This document shows positions 20,030 to 30,337 of a stretch of 64,000 nucleotides of DNA, piece by piece (position 1 is the stretch's first letter; the number at the start of each line of letters is the position of its first letter). Source of the stretch: an uncultured virus (IMG/VR IMGVR_UViG_3300030095_006218) (taxonomy: Duplodnaviria; Heunggongvirae; Uroviricota; Caudoviricetes); IMG/VR virus record IMGVR_UViG_3300030095_006218; one strand, written 5' to 3'. Position numbers and translations under genes: made by a program. A model generated the notes under the pieces. It had not been told where the DNA came from. It did no database searches and saw only the letters and a program-made list of their open reading frames with translations.

Positions 20030-21231
20030 CTGCTTGTTTTCTCCCAAACTTTTTCTTCTTGATACTCGAATAATTCTCCGTATTCGTGTCTGACTTGCTT
20101 AATAACATCAAGCTTGTCTATGATCTTTACTTTGTATCCGGCTTGTGCTATCTTTACCGCGAAAGCTAACTGCTGCGATTCTTCAATTATCGTAGTACTG
20201 GCTTTGTATGTTACACCCCCGTATACAATCGCATTTGTCACACCACCATAAAGTACAACCTTGTCAGTACCTTCGTGCATTTGATGTACTCCCACTCCAT
20301 CAAAAACTACGGGCACAGTTTTATCATGCGATGAAATGAACGCTTCAACCTGAAACTCTAAGTGCTCTGCATTCATTTCATCAGTGGCGGAACTAATAAG
20401 GGCTGGTAACTTGTGGTCGCCGGCAAAAATAGCTAAGGCTCGATTATCACGCGGAAAACACGGGCCTCCATAACCAAATCCGTACTTTAAGTTCTTGTGA
20501 CCAACGCGAGAATCGCCCCCAACTGCATCTAATACAGTTTGTGGGCGCCCGCCACAATGCCTAACAATATCGCCTATCATATTAGCGTATGCTATCTTTG
20601 TTGTCAAAAAGCAATTTAGTGATATCTTTGTAAGCTCTGCTTCTGTTCTGGTCATGCGATGTACTTCTGGTTGGTTCACAGTCATCTTATCGTATATTTC
20701 TTCCAGAATATCCCCAGCGATCGTTGAACCTTCTCCGATGAGTACCATATCTGGACGCAACTGGTCGCGGAGAATGGTACCTTGTGCAATAAATTCTGGA
20801 TTGTAGCTAACTGTATAATTATAGAATTGTAGTTTTTCTTGTACCGTATCACAATACTGTGGCATTGTTGTACAGCACACCACAAAATGTTTTCTTTCTT
20901 TTTGTGGGCCAAATTGTATCAGTTGTTCAGTTAGGCGATCAATTTGTGTATGATCGTATCTGCCATTTGGTAACGACGGTGTTGCTACAACTACAAAAAG
21001 TATATCTGAGTGTTCAATCGCTGTACGTAGATCGGTTGTGGCAACAAAGTTTCTAGACTTAGAAAGATGTTCTTCAACGCCTTCCTCGTTAGATTTAAGC
21101 GTTTTATTGTTAATATAGTCGACATACTCTTGTGACATATCAACACCAACAACGTCATACCCAGCTTTTTCCATAGTCAAAGCAAAGCAAAGGCCAAGTT
21201 TGCCAATCCCAACGACCGATACATTCTTCAT
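20026..21231 (-). CDS. ugd: UDP-glucose/GDP-mannose 6-dehydrogenase
   Basis: GIGKLG, YNPEF, KI..N, GYGGPCFPRD. Confidence 0.88.
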   Translation of the reverse strand: MKNVSVVGIGKLGLCFALTMEKAGYDVVGVDMSQEYVDYINNKTLKSNEEGVEEHLSKSRNFVATTDLRTAIEHSDILFVVVATPSLPNGRYDHTQIDRLTEQLIQFGPQKERKHFVVCCTTMPQYCDTVQEKLQFYNYTVSYNPEFIAQGTILRDQLRPDMVLIGEGSTIAGDILEEIYDKMTVNQPEVHRMTRTEAELTKISLNCFLTTKIAYANMIGDIVRHCGGRPQTVLDAVGGDSRVGHKNLKYGFGYGGPCFPRDNRALAIFAGDHKLPALISSATDEMNAEHLEFQVEAFISSHDKTVPVVFDGVGVHQMHEGTDKVVLYGGVTNAIVYGGVTYKASTTIIEESQQLAFAVKIAQAGYKVKIIDKLDVIKQVRHEYGELFEYQEEKVWEKTSR

Positions 21232-22085
21232 ATAATCTTCCAAGTAGATGGGATCAAATCTGACATATTGTAATGTGCATATGCTTTTCCAAACCAATCT
21301 TTAGGTGCTACAATTCTTTTCTCTGGATTTTTATTGAGCCATGCTGCCCACCAACTGAAGCTGCTGTTCGATATAATGTTGTGATCGCATCGTTGCATAA
21401 TTGCCAAATCAACTAAATCAGTGTGACCTTCAGAATAGTAATGCATATCACCAACAATATTTTCCCTACACCATTCAATATCATCCTTGTTATCTGAAAA
21501 TATTAAAAATACACAATTATCAAATTCTTCTCTAGATTTATGCACGTATTCTTCTGTCAATAAAGGGTGAAAATCTTCCTTGTTGGTTCTAAAGCTTCCG
21601 CCTTCTTTTGTGTCATAGTTAGAATTTGCTGGCAAATTATCTCCGCGTCGATTGTGAAAAGCGACGATTTCCTTACCGGGGTGTAATTGTCTCAATTGTG
21701 AAATATAGTTATTTGCATAATCTTCAATCTGCGGATCTCTAAAGGTAAATTCCCGGCGAATAACATAATCAATGTCTTTAAAGAATTTTTCACTTTGAAA
21801 ATATCCTTTAAAATTACAGTTATCCGGAGCGGTAAAAAATGTTTGATCGAATTCAAAGCCGGGCTGTTGGTATTCATACTTAATATTTTTAGCAATTTCT
21901 TCGCCGGGAACGTAGTGACATCTTAAATTAAATGCACCTAAACGGTGAGAGTATTTCGGCTCTAAATTTGGATGAGGTAGTACCACGGGCCTGCTGTTGT
22001 GTAGCGAAAGGCACTTAACAGCGGCGTACCTAAATAATTGATTTCCTAGCCGGCCGAATTCACTAATACCTAAAAATGTTAACAT
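21228..22085 (-). CDS. GT11 alpha-1,2-fucosyltransferase-like
   Basis: GRLGNQLF, GYFQSEKFF, HNRRGD, NSSFSWW. Confidence 0.88.
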   Translation of the reverse strand: MLTFLGISEFGRLGNQLFRYAAVKCLSLHNSRPVVLPHPNLEPKYSHRLGAFNLRCHYVPGEEIAKNIKYEYQQPGFEFDQTFFTAPDNCNFKGYFQSEKFFKDIDYVIRREFTFRDPQIEDYANNYISQLRQLHPGKEIVAFHNRRGDNLPANSNYDTKEGGSFRTNKEDFHPLLTEEYVHKSREEFDNCVFLIFSDNKDDIEWCRENIVGDMHYYSEGHTDLVDLAIMQRCDHNIISNSSFSWWAAWLNKNPEKRIVAPKDWFGKAYAHYNMSDLIPSTWKII

Positions 22086-22840
22086 TATGATAACTCCAAT
22101 TTGTTATATTTTGCTTTTTGTCTAATTTCTTGTTCTACAGAATATTGCAACGAATGATCTAATTTGTAATCGTTATTTGGATTCTTGTTGTTGTACACAT
22201 ATAAGACATCCGATATAAATCTCGCCCTGTCGCCGGCTAATTCGCACAAAGGAACCATAAGGGCTACATCGCCACCCATTTGGTAGAAGTTGCCATCCTT
22301 ATCTTGTAAGTCCTCTACCTTTAGATTTTTCCACAATTTATATTTATAAGTTCTAAGGTGGCTACCCAAATATCTAAATTCTCTATATCTATTTTCCTTA
22401 ACGATGTTCTCTGGATATGCGAAAAGTGGCCATGGCGGTTCTCCATCTGGATAGTTTATGTGATTCCCGTATGTCAATAGGACGTCTTTATCCGAATAAA
22501 CTTCCGATACCTTGCGCAACACGTTGCGATTTGCCAGCCAGTCATCTCCATCCAGATTGACAATAACATCTTCATCAGATGGTTTGGCTTTAAGCGTTGC
22601 TTCATATATGTTTTGGCATGCATATTTCTTTTCTTTATTCACAATCAACTTAAATCGCTTATCGCCCTTAATTAATTTTCGGACAACCTTCACAGTATCA
22701 TCGGTGGATATATCATCAACTAAGATACATTGATAATCCTTGTATGTTTGTTCCTTTACACTTTTAATGGTTGTTTCTACCCATTCTTCTACATTATACA
22801 TTGGAACAATTATTTTAAAATGCAAATTACTCACTCTCAA
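22085..22840 (-). CDS. GT2 glycosyltransferase
   Basis: IIVPMYN, VDDISTD, LDGDD. Confidence 0.88.
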   Translation of the reverse strand: MRVSNLHFKIIVPMYNVEEWVETTIKSVKEQTYKDYQCILVDDISTDDTVKVVRKLIKGDKRFKLIVNKEKKYACQNIYEATLKAKPSDEDVIVNLDGDDWLANRNVLRKVSEVYSDKDVLLTYGNHINYPDGEPPWPLFAYPENIVKENRYREFRYLGSHLRTYKYKLWKNLKVEDLQDKDGNFYQMGGDVALMVPLCELAGDRARFISDVLYVYNNKNPNNDYKLDHSLQYSVEQEIRQKAKYNKLELS

Positions 22841-24839
22841 GCTCCTTTACTAAAGAATTAAAATCTTTTAATTGTGGTGGAAAAAACTCAACTCCCCAGA
22901 TATCTGTAATCCACTCTTTCTTCATACATACATGGGGCGCATACATATTACCTTTGTTCCACGTGCAGTATCTATCATCATTATGCCACACTAATGCATT
23001 TTTGTTAAACGAGAAAGAATATCCAGCTTCAAGAATATCGGCTGAAAACTGTACATCTTCTGGGATTTGATTTTCTAGTTGGTCTGCGTACACCAGTTTA
23101 GTGTCGTCCCACCTAACTTTTTCAAATACATTCTTCCTCACCATCAAGAAGCATGATGTTTGATACAATCCAGAATTATATTCTGAGAAATCATATCCCA
23201 CCATTCTGTGTATTGGCGCGATCGTTGCTCTATCCCAATACCGTCCACCATCAGGATTTAATATGCGGTTAGACAACACATTCCAGCCATTTTCTTTACT
23301 GTATTTTATTGTTTCTTGCATCCAGTCTGGGGATAAAATAATGTCGTCATCCAGATAACAAATAGCATCGTATTTTGCTTGTTCGCTTGCCTTGTTTCTT
23401 AGTGTTGCAACACGGCGAGAGTGTGCTTCCTCACTAGCGTCCACAAGTCCTATGTGTGAATTGGATGCATGGCCGGCAAAGTTATTAACATCACCGCATA
23501 GAATAATCTCGTATGGCGCGCCCTCTTGCTGCATGATGCTCTTGATTGTTAATTCCGTTGCCTCGGGGCGCTTGCCATTTGTGGGTATGCAAAAACTAAT
23601 ACCGGTAATCTCTTCTGGCACTGCTAAATCTTTACCCAACACTGCACTAGCAAATTTTGCATACTGTTCCTTGGGAGTAAATTTACTCAACAAATAGGCC
23701 TTGAGCTTTTTTGCCTGAGACACATATCTTGTATGGTTTTTATATACATCGCGCATCTTTTGTTTTGCACTGTTCTCTTTTGGATAACACCAAGAAGATT
23801 CCGCTTGTACTACACCTTCCCAGACAGCTTCTTGCGGTACTGGTTTTAAGTCATAATCGACGCGCGCGAAGAGAGGGCGGCGCTTTGGTTTATTTGAATT
23901 TTTATTTTTAACCGGTGCGAATAAAAAGTCTGCTTGTCCGCTCCATTCAGTTGTAATTACCGGCAGACCATTATAGGCGCCTTCGAACATTGGAAGCCCA
24001 AACCCCTCGCCGTGTGTTAAAGATAGAATTGCTTTAATTTGAGAATGATTATATAGGCCCGTCATTTCTTCTCTGGTCATATCACCATGTAGCAAATATA
24101 ATTTGCATTTAAAATCTTCATATGGTTCCATAAATTGCTTGAGCCTTTTTTCTGTCTCATGCTTGTCAATTATAGAGTTGCTGGCCAAATTAGTCTTGAG
24201 TACCAATCCAACTTCTTCATTTTTAAATTCTTCCATAAACCATTTAACTGTGTTCGGGACATTCTTTCTGGGGCCCCACTGTGCTACAGTTAAAAAATTA
24301 AAGTCGTAGTCCAAATTAAGTTCTACATCCTTTTGTTTAACATCAAGAACACAGTAATTGACTGCTGCGATTGGTGTCATGCATTTAAGTGGAGCCTTCA
24401 TACCGTCTTCTTGATCAATCATGTATACAGAATTTTCGTATACGTTCTTAGAATGATTAGATACAACAATAATACGATCCATCAACGTGCTTTGTTGAAT
24501 CCACTGTGGAGATACCTTAGTGGTCTCAATGCCGGCCGTATATCCAATGTTGATTGGGGCTATTTTTTCCCATTCATTTGGGATTGTAACTTGAAGTGAA
24601 ACTTCAATTGGACCATCCCGCTCTGGGTTATACTGTTGTGTCTTGTGCATGAGTCCATCGAGCCATGCGCGCTCTTCATTATCTTCGTGAATCCAGCCTG
24701 TTTTGCCCCAAGAGATAGGTTGCAAATAAATATCAAGTGCCTCTTCATATTGACGAAGGGACCGGAGTGCAAATCTAGTTTGCTCACCATATCCACTCTG
24801 ACTAAAAGCGGGTCCTTTAACTAAAATCTTTTTCTTCAT
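22827..24839 (-). CDS. GT4-GT2 fusion glycosyltransferase
   Basis: SGYG, RKN, EGFGLPMFE; C-terminal ISFCIPT...YLDDD...ED. Confidence 0.8.
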   Translation of the reverse strand: MKKKILVKGPAFSQSGYGEQTRFALRSLRQYEEALDIYLQPISWGKTGWIHEDNEERAWLDGLMHKTQQYNPERDGPIEVSLQVTIPNEWEKIAPINIGYTAGIETTKVSPQWIQQSTLMDRIIVVSNHSKNVYENSVYMIDQEDGMKAPLKCMTPIAAVNYCVLDVKQKDVELNLDYDFNFLTVAQWGPRKNVPNTVKWFMEEFKNEEVGLVLKTNLASNSIIDKHETEKRLKQFMEPYEDFKCKLYLLHGDMTREEMTGLYNHSQIKAILSLTHGEGFGLPMFEGAYNGLPVITTEWSGQADFLFAPVKNKNSNKPKRRPLFARVDYDLKPVPQEAVWEGVVQAESSWCYPKENSAKQKMRDVYKNHTRYVSQAKKLKAYLLSKFTPKEQYAKFASAVLGKDLAVPEEITGISFCIPTNGKRPEATELTIKSIMQQEGAPYEIILCGDVNNFAGHASNSHIGLVDASEEAHSRRVATLRNKASEQAKYDAICYLDDDIILSPDWMQETIKYSKENGWNVLSNRILNPDGGRYWDRATIAPIHRMVGYDFSEYNSGLYQTSCFLMVRKNVFEKVRWDDTKLVYADQLENQIPEDVQFSADILEAGYSFSFNKNALVWHNDDRYCTWNKGNMYAPHVCMKKEWITDIWGVEFFPPQLKDFNSLVKELESE

Positions 24840-26095
24840 GCTACTTCTCCTATTGTCCATCCACTACGGTTTTTTCTATTTTCCCAAGAACTAAAATGTT
24901 CGACTGCGTACGTAAAGATTTCATCCCACTTCTTACATGTCTTTTCGTAATTGTAGTTTTTCAACAAATGTTTGCGACCAGCTTTTCCAAGGGCGGTTCG
25001 CTCTTCTTTGCTCATGTTGTATATCTCTTCTAAAGCATTAATAAAATCATCCTTGTTAAGCCTATCTTCGTAAATATATGGCACATCCAAAGAACCAATA
25101 ACTGACTTAGCAACGGGCTCGATGCCAATTCCAAACCACTTCTTACCATCGGTAACTTGTTCTTGTAATCCACCTGTCATATTGACAATAATGGGGGTTT
25201 CGCATGCCAGCGATTCCATGGTTGCAAGGCCAAAACCTTCAGCATCTGATATGTTAATTGTGCAGTCTGCCATATTATACATTTGCGCGATCACTTCAGG
25301 CGCAATCTTTTGTGTTGAAAACATGACTTCGCCGTTAACCAGCTCTAATTCGTGTAGAATTTTTTCCAAATCTTGCCCATTTGGATCTCGTACATCAGTA
25401 TGCATTAGCAACATTGCTTTATCTTTGCCAACTCTTTCTAGGAATTCTGCAAACCACCAAATTACTGTTCCGCTTTGTTTGCGCCTAGCATTGCGATTAT
25501 TCCAGAAAAATATCATCTTATCATCACTCAGTGATGGAAAATTTTCTTGCTTAAATTTAGCAATCTCTTCTTTATCCAATCGCTTAAAAATATTATCATC
25601 AACAGCATGAGGTAAGTGATATAGTTTTACGTCTGGTGCAACAGTCTTAACTATATTATTTGTCACTTTTGAAATTGATACTACAATATCATTGCTTTCG
25701 TAATATCTTTTATTAAAATGTGGATGAGGGTAGTTATCCCACACATGATAATAAATCAAAGTTGAGTTTGCACGTATTTCATTTTCTATTTCCCAGAGCC
25801 ATGTCCAAAATCTAGGATCTGTCATTATCCAAACAATATCGGGTTTTTCTTGACGAACGACAGAGCGAATTATTTCGTGATTGCCATATCCATCCACCGG
25901 ATAGATGCGCCAGTCATCCCCATATGGTTCTACTTTTTGCCCCTGATAGTCTCTGTGCTTAATTGCGCCGCCTAGGCTAACAAAACTATATTTGTCCGTT
26001 TTAAGCATCGCCTCTATCATATACTTGGTTTGTGTTCCAACACCGGATGGCGAAAGTGGGTGATCCGATATTGTCAAAATTTTAGTTTTCTTCAT
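24836..26095 (-). CDS. GT4 glycosyltransferase
   Basis: SGVG, NRNARRK, EGFGLATMES. Confidence 0.85.
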   Translation of the reverse strand: MKKTKILTISDHPLSPSGVGTQTKYMIEAMLKTDKYSFVSLGGAIKHRDYQGQKVEPYGDDWRIYPVDGYGNHEIIRSVVRQEKPDIVWIMTDPRFWTWLWEIENEIRANSTLIYYHVWDNYPHPHFNKRYYESNDIVVSISKVTNNIVKTVAPDVKLYHLPHAVDDNIFKRLDKEEIAKFKQENFPSLSDDKMIFFWNNRNARRKQSGTVIWWFAEFLERVGKDKAMLLMHTDVRDPNGQDLEKILHELELVNGEVMFSTQKIAPEVIAQMYNMADCTINISDAEGFGLATMESLACETPIIVNMTGGLQEQVTDGKKWFGIGIEPVAKSVIGSLDVPYIYEDRLNKDDFINALEEIYNMSKEERTALGKAGRKHLLKNYNYEKTCKKWDEIFTYAVEHFSSWENRKNRSGWTIGEVA

Positions 26096-26101
26096 TATTC
26101 C

Positions 26102-26872
26102 TCATGAACAGTGTTCTGTTTTATAAAATTTACATCCATATCCCGTTGTACAGGACAGACGATTTTTAAAATGTTTTTTACTTTTAATATTGTACAGCGC
26201 AGACTCCATAAGTTTAAGCGCATTTTGTGTTTTTTTCTTACCGCTTGTAACTCTAAAGAATTCAACACGGTTTCGCTTGGCAGTTCTTTTTAAAAGTGCA
26301 AAGTGTGTTTCAACGTTATCTGGGTCAACATTCATCTTTTCACAAAAGAAATGTTTGTATAACGTAAGCTGGTATGTCATCATCTTATCATTTTTCTTGC
26401 GAGCGTCCCAGCCCCATGAACATGTTTTCCAATCAAATATATGGATTTTGCCGTCAGGAGTTTTAACAATCGCATCGATAAAGCCTTTAAATTTATAGTC
26501 GTCCTCTCCGCTAATTGGCTCCATAAGTGGTAGTTCTACCGCCTCTACCTCAAATTCTTCAAAATAATTATATAAGGCAGATTCAATTTCCGGCATTATT
26601 TCACGACCCTGATTGGCCATGTCCTTAATAAGTTTAACGTTGACTTCAACGTCATCATCAAGTGCTTCAATATTCTTTTTGAGTTCTTCAATAAAATACC
26701 TCTCATCGACAGATTCTTTAAGCAGCTTTTTTTCGCATACTGAGTGCATTGCTGTTCCAAAGGCCGTGTATTCATTACCTTTGAAGCCGTCAATACCATC
26801 AATTCGTGTAAGTTTGTGATAGAAAGCACAAAACGCCCAATCTTTAAGCGCTGAATAGGATATATGTGGCAT
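26102..26872 (-). CDS. PD-(D/E)xK exonuclease, Cas4/AddB-like
   Basis: SYS..WAFC, FGTAMH, GFID, DWKT, QLTLY, C-terminal CxxxxxCxxxxxxxC. Confidence 0.85.
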   Translation of the reverse strand: MPHISYSALKDWAFCAFYHKLTRIDGIDGFKGNEYTAFGTAMHSVCEKKLLKESVDERYFIEELKKNIEALDDDVEVNVKLIKDMANQGREIMPEIESALYNYFEEFEVEAVELPLMEPISGEDDYKFKGFIDAIVKTPDGKIHIFDWKTCSWGWDARKKNDKMMTYQLTLYKHFFCEKMNVDPDNVETHFALLKRTAKRNRVEFFRVTSGKKKTQNALKLMESALYNIKSKKHFKNRLSCTTGYGCKFYKTEHCS

Positions 26873-27289
26873 CTATTTTACTCGTTTGCGCGGCTTGCGC
26901 TTTGCGGGCAGCTTGCCTTTCTTTGGCGAAGTGGTCGAAGGTGAAGTTGGCCGTGCTGTTACACCCTCCGGAGGCTTCTCTATCGTAGGCGCGGCGGGTG
27001 GTGTTATAACATCCTGCTCGACAGGCTTGGTAGGCTCTACAGGCGTGACGTTCATTGCTTCAAAAACCCAAGTGCCGGAGGATGTGCCGCGGCGTTTATT
27101 GTTAATGCTGGTCTCTTGTGTTGCACGGCCAACAAAAATTTCTCTTGCCGATAATATTTCTATTACTCTGTGTGTATCAACAAATTCTTGCTTTCCAACA
27201 TAGTTTGGACCCATATCTTCCAAAGGTATTGTTTCTATATGAACCGTTACTGTGTTTGCAGATTCACTTATGTTTACTTCTATTTTCAT
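26873..27289 (-). CDS. Hypothetical protein with Pro/Lys-rich tail
   Basis: ORF in operon. Confidence 0.6.
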   Translation of the reverse strand: MKIEVNISESANTVTVHIETIPLEDMGPNYVGKQEFVDTHRVIEILSAREIFVGRATQETSINNKRRGTSSGTWVFEAMNVTPVEPTKPVEQDVITPPAAPTIEKPPEGVTARPTSPSTTSPKKGKLPAKRKPRKRVK

Positions 27290-28017
27290 TTATTCCCCTC
27301 AATTGTATTAATTAATTTAGTATATAGTTGTGGACTAATTAACTTCAGATACCGATCTCCGCGAATAAAGTATTCTTCGAATCCTTCTGCGAAATACTCC
27401 TTTATAGATGTTATTGAATATGCACTAACAAACAGCTCAGAAGCTAGTATGTTTAATGCATCATAGCCCACCTCATCATGCAGATATGCATCAAAATCTT
27501 CCGTATATTCCGTATAAAGAAAGTCTTCTTCTGTCATATAATCTGGAATCATATCTTGATCTTCTAAAACTCTATATAGAATCGCGCGCTTAGATAGAAA
27601 TTCATGTTCTATTTTTCGATCTCCATATATTTCCACTTCGTTGCCCTTTTCAAATGCATGCGCCGTTTCATGCACAATATCATCAATTAGGTCTTCGTTA
27701 TCGTCTTGTCGATTTGTCACATATATTGCGCCATCTTCATAGAAAGCATTGATACTTCTTTCTTCAAATTCTTTAAAATAGCCGATTAGTATCATTTCCA
27801 CATTTGAAAAAACATGATGTGGCAATCTTTCTTCAATTGCGGCTATAACAGCAAAAATATCAACTTCTTCAGGCAATGCTTCTTTAATATAAAGCGGTAC
27901 TGTGCCGTGTACGACGTGTTCCTTAAGCGCAGTTCTACTTTCAACGGCAGTTTTCTTAACAATTTCTGTTAAATTATTCCTCGTCGAAGTGCTCGTCTTC
28001 TTCATGTTCTTGATCAT
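27286..28017 (-). CDS. Putative zinc metallopeptidase
   Basis: HETAH (HExxH) and downstream EYFAEGF. Confidence 0.55.
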   Translation of the reverse strand: MIKNMKKTSTSTRNNLTEIVKKTAVESRTALKEHVVHGTVPLYIKEALPEEVDIFAVIAAIEERLPHHVFSNVEMILIGYFKEFEERSINAFYEDGAIYVTNRQDDNEDLIDDIVHETAHAFEKGNEVEIYGDRKIEHEFLSKRAILYRVLEDQDMIPDYMTEEDFLYTEYTEDFDAYLHDEVGYDALNILASELFVSAYSITSIKEYFAEGFEEYFIRGDRYLKLISPQLYTKLINTIEGNK

Positions 28018-28327
28018 CTAATTCTTCCTGTGCGCCCTGTTCTGGCACACCTTGTTGTGCAGAATATACATCTGTCATTGCTTGGTGATATCCGCGGATC
28101 CAGTTTTCTTCGGCCATGGCTAAGATAAACTCTGGAAATTCGTCTGCCATCTTTTCAATAATCATTTCGACTGTAACCTGCCCATTTTGTGGTTGAGTAG
28201 TTTCGCCAACATAGTTTACTAACCAAGTTTTTAACTCTGTGTCTGGCAAGACTTGCTCTCCAAGAAGCGGACTCTCACCCAAATCATCCAAAGGCCGTGA
28301 CTCGTCAACGTTCTCATCTAATTCCAT
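27974..28327 (-). CDS. Hypothetical acidic protein
   Basis: ORF with GGAG RBS. Confidence 0.65.
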   Translation of the reverse strand: MELDENVDESRPLDDLGESPLLGEQVLPDTELKTWLVNYVGETTQPQNGQVTVEMIIEKMADEFPEFILAMAEENWIRGYHQAMTDVYSAQQGVPEQGAQEELDDQEHEEDEHFDEE

Positions 28328-28345
28328 AATATTCTCCTATTTGTT

Positions 28346-28374
28346 AATATAACATTATTTAATGAATTTGTCAA
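28346..28374 (-). promoter_or_regulatory. Sigma70-type promoter
   Basis: TTGACA-N17-TATATT. Confidence 0.7.
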
Positions 28375-28379
28375 ACTTT

Positions 28380-29699
28380 TTATAATATTTTTGATGCTAA
28401 GGTGGCCACTTTACTTCTCTCACCCTTTGATAAGGTTATGTGGCCAGCTATTTTATGTGTTTTGAACTTCTCTACTGCATATGCCAATCCGTTTGAAGTT
28501 TCATCTGTGTATGCGTTGTCTATTTGTTCAATGTCGCCTGTCAATATAATCTTTGTACCCTCACCGACTCGCGTTATGATGGTTTTGATTTCATGTATTG
28601 TTAGATTTTGTGCCTCATCAATAATAATAAAAGAATTAGATATTGAGCGGCCGCGGATGTAGGTCAAAGCTTCTAATTCAATTACGCCTTTGTCCATATA
28701 CATCTTTAATGTTAATTGATCATTACCCATAAGAAATTGTAAATTATCTTGAATAGGTGCTAACCATGGAGTCATTTTTTCTTCCAATGTGCCGGGTAAA
28801 AAGCCAATATCTTTACCCATTGGTTGTACAGGGCGCGAAACGACTAATTTGTTGTAGTTTTTCGCGTTATCAGAGGTCAACACCTGCTCTAAGCCGGCTG
28901 CGATTGCGCATAGTGTCTTTCCAGAGCCGGCTTTACCAATCAAAGATACAACTTGCACATCTTTATCCATAAGTAAATCTAGCGCAAAGGCTTGTTCCTT
29001 ATTGCGTGCTGTGATACCCCACAGGTTTGGATCGGACTGTACTCTCTTGAGTGGCATTGCATAATCCATAAAGCGAGCTAGGGCAGTCTTCTTTTCGTTA
29101 GTATTTGACACAAGCATAATAAACTGGTTTGCATGTAATTTCACTTCTTCAGGATCTAAAAATACATCTTCCTTGTTATAAAACTGATCGATTGTTTGTT
29201 CATCTACTAAGTGACTAGTATATCCTGTATACAATCTATTGTGGTCTTTTACAACTTGCCCTACAATGTAATCTTCGCTAGGCATACCTAGTGAGTCGCA
29301 TATAACGCGCATATTAATATCGCGGGAAACCATAATAACTTTGCGCCTGACTGTTTGTTCTGCTCGCTCAGCTAATGCAGTTGCAATAATCACGTGGTCT
29401 GGTATTGTTTTTTGTAAATCACGCGGCAGTAGATTTACATCTGACTGCCTCGTTCTCAAAATACCCTTACCTTTGGCAATCCTTACGCCTTTATCTAAGT
29501 TGCCTTTTTCTCGTAAACAATCTAGCTTTCTAATAACTCTGCGGGCGGTTGTCCCAACAACGTCTTGTCTTTTTTTGTGCTTGTCTATTTCCTCAAGCAC
29601 CTTCATCGGAATTATAATGTCGTTATTTGCAAATTTTTCAATTGCATCAGAATCAGATAAGCAAACGCTAGTATCTAATACATATGTTTTTTTTGCCAT
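28380..29699 (-). CDS. phoH: PIN-PhoH protein (PhoH2/YlaK type)
   Basis: VLDTSV PIN domain; GKAGSGKT, IGFLPG, RGRS, IDEAQN, GDIEQID. Confidence 0.92.
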   Translation of the reverse strand: MAKKTYVLDTSVCLSDSDAIEKFANNDIIIPMKVLEEIDKHKKRQDVVGTTARRVIRKLDCLREKGNLDKGVRIAKGKGILRTRQSDVNLLPRDLQKTIPDHVIIATALAERAEQTVRRKVIMVSRDINMRVICDSLGMPSEDYIVGQVVKDHNRLYTGYTSHLVDEQTIDQFYNKEDVFLDPEEVKLHANQFIMLVSNTNEKKTALARFMDYAMPLKRVQSDPNLWGITARNKEQAFALDLLMDKDVQVVSLIGKAGSGKTLCAIAAGLEQVLTSDNAKNYNKLVVSRPVQPMGKDIGFLPGTLEEKMTPWLAPIQDNLQFLMGNDQLTLKMYMDKGVIELEALTYIRGRSISNSFIIIDEAQNLTIHEIKTIITRVGEGTKIILTGDIEQIDNAYTDETSNGLAYAVEKFKTHKIAGHITLSKGERSKVATLASKIL

Positions 29700-29728
29700 A
29701 TATCTCTCTTGTGTTATAAATAGTCCTT

Positions 29729-30310
29729 CTAGAAACTATTCATTATCTCGCCGTTGTAAATATAATACCCATATCCATTCATGTTCTGTTCGTGTCTATC
29801 ATATTGCTTAGTAAGCTCGTACATCATTATGTTAGCTGTCTGAGATGTGTTTAAGCAATATCCAATACCACGCATGGGAATATGCACTATTTTACTATTG
29901 TTTAATATTTCAGCGGGAACTCCAGTCTCTTCGTTACCAACAACCACGCACATATGGCGATCAAAACTGAAAGAGCAGCTATTAATGGGTGTTGAATCGT
30001 GCGATAATTCAGCAGATACCACTTCATAATTATTTTTGTTCGCATATGCAAGAAAGTCTGATGGATTTTCATGCTGTATAATTTTAACATAATCGTTTAA
30101 GCTTCCAGAAGTTGAGTTTAGTGTCTTGTTGGCCGGTACACTTCCTACAACGTGCACATATTCCGCACCAAAGCAAGCAGCAGTCCTGACGAGATAGCCC
30201 AGATTCCCGTCATGCCTAAAATTGATAGCACACAAGCTAATTGGGTAAGTTTTAGCATCTTTTTTCTTCTCTTCGTAGCGTTGGCGCCTTGTTTTCGTTC
30301 TTTTGGCCAA
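29729..30310 (-). CDS. SpoU/TrmH-family RNA 2'-O-methyltransferase
   Basis: NLGYLVRT, VGNEETG, IPM.G...LNTS. Confidence 0.88.
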   Translation of the reverse strand: MAKRTKTRRQRYEEKKKDAKTYPISLCAINFRHDGNLGYLVRTAACFGAEYVHVVGSVPANKTLNSTSGSLNDYVKIIQHENPSDFLAYANKNNYEVVSAELSHDSTPINSCSFSFDRHMCVVVGNEETGVPAEILNNSKIVHIPMRGIGYCLNTSQTANIMMYELTKQYDRHEQNMNGYGYYIYNGEIMNSF

Positions 30311-30337
30311 TTTTACCTCTTAACATTAAATAGTATT

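Noticed and set aside
1..26095. Cellular O-antigen/capsule locus
   Set aside because: No export, polymerase or initiating transferase genes in the window, and the block runs straight into phage-type genes; kept only as a less likely alternative.
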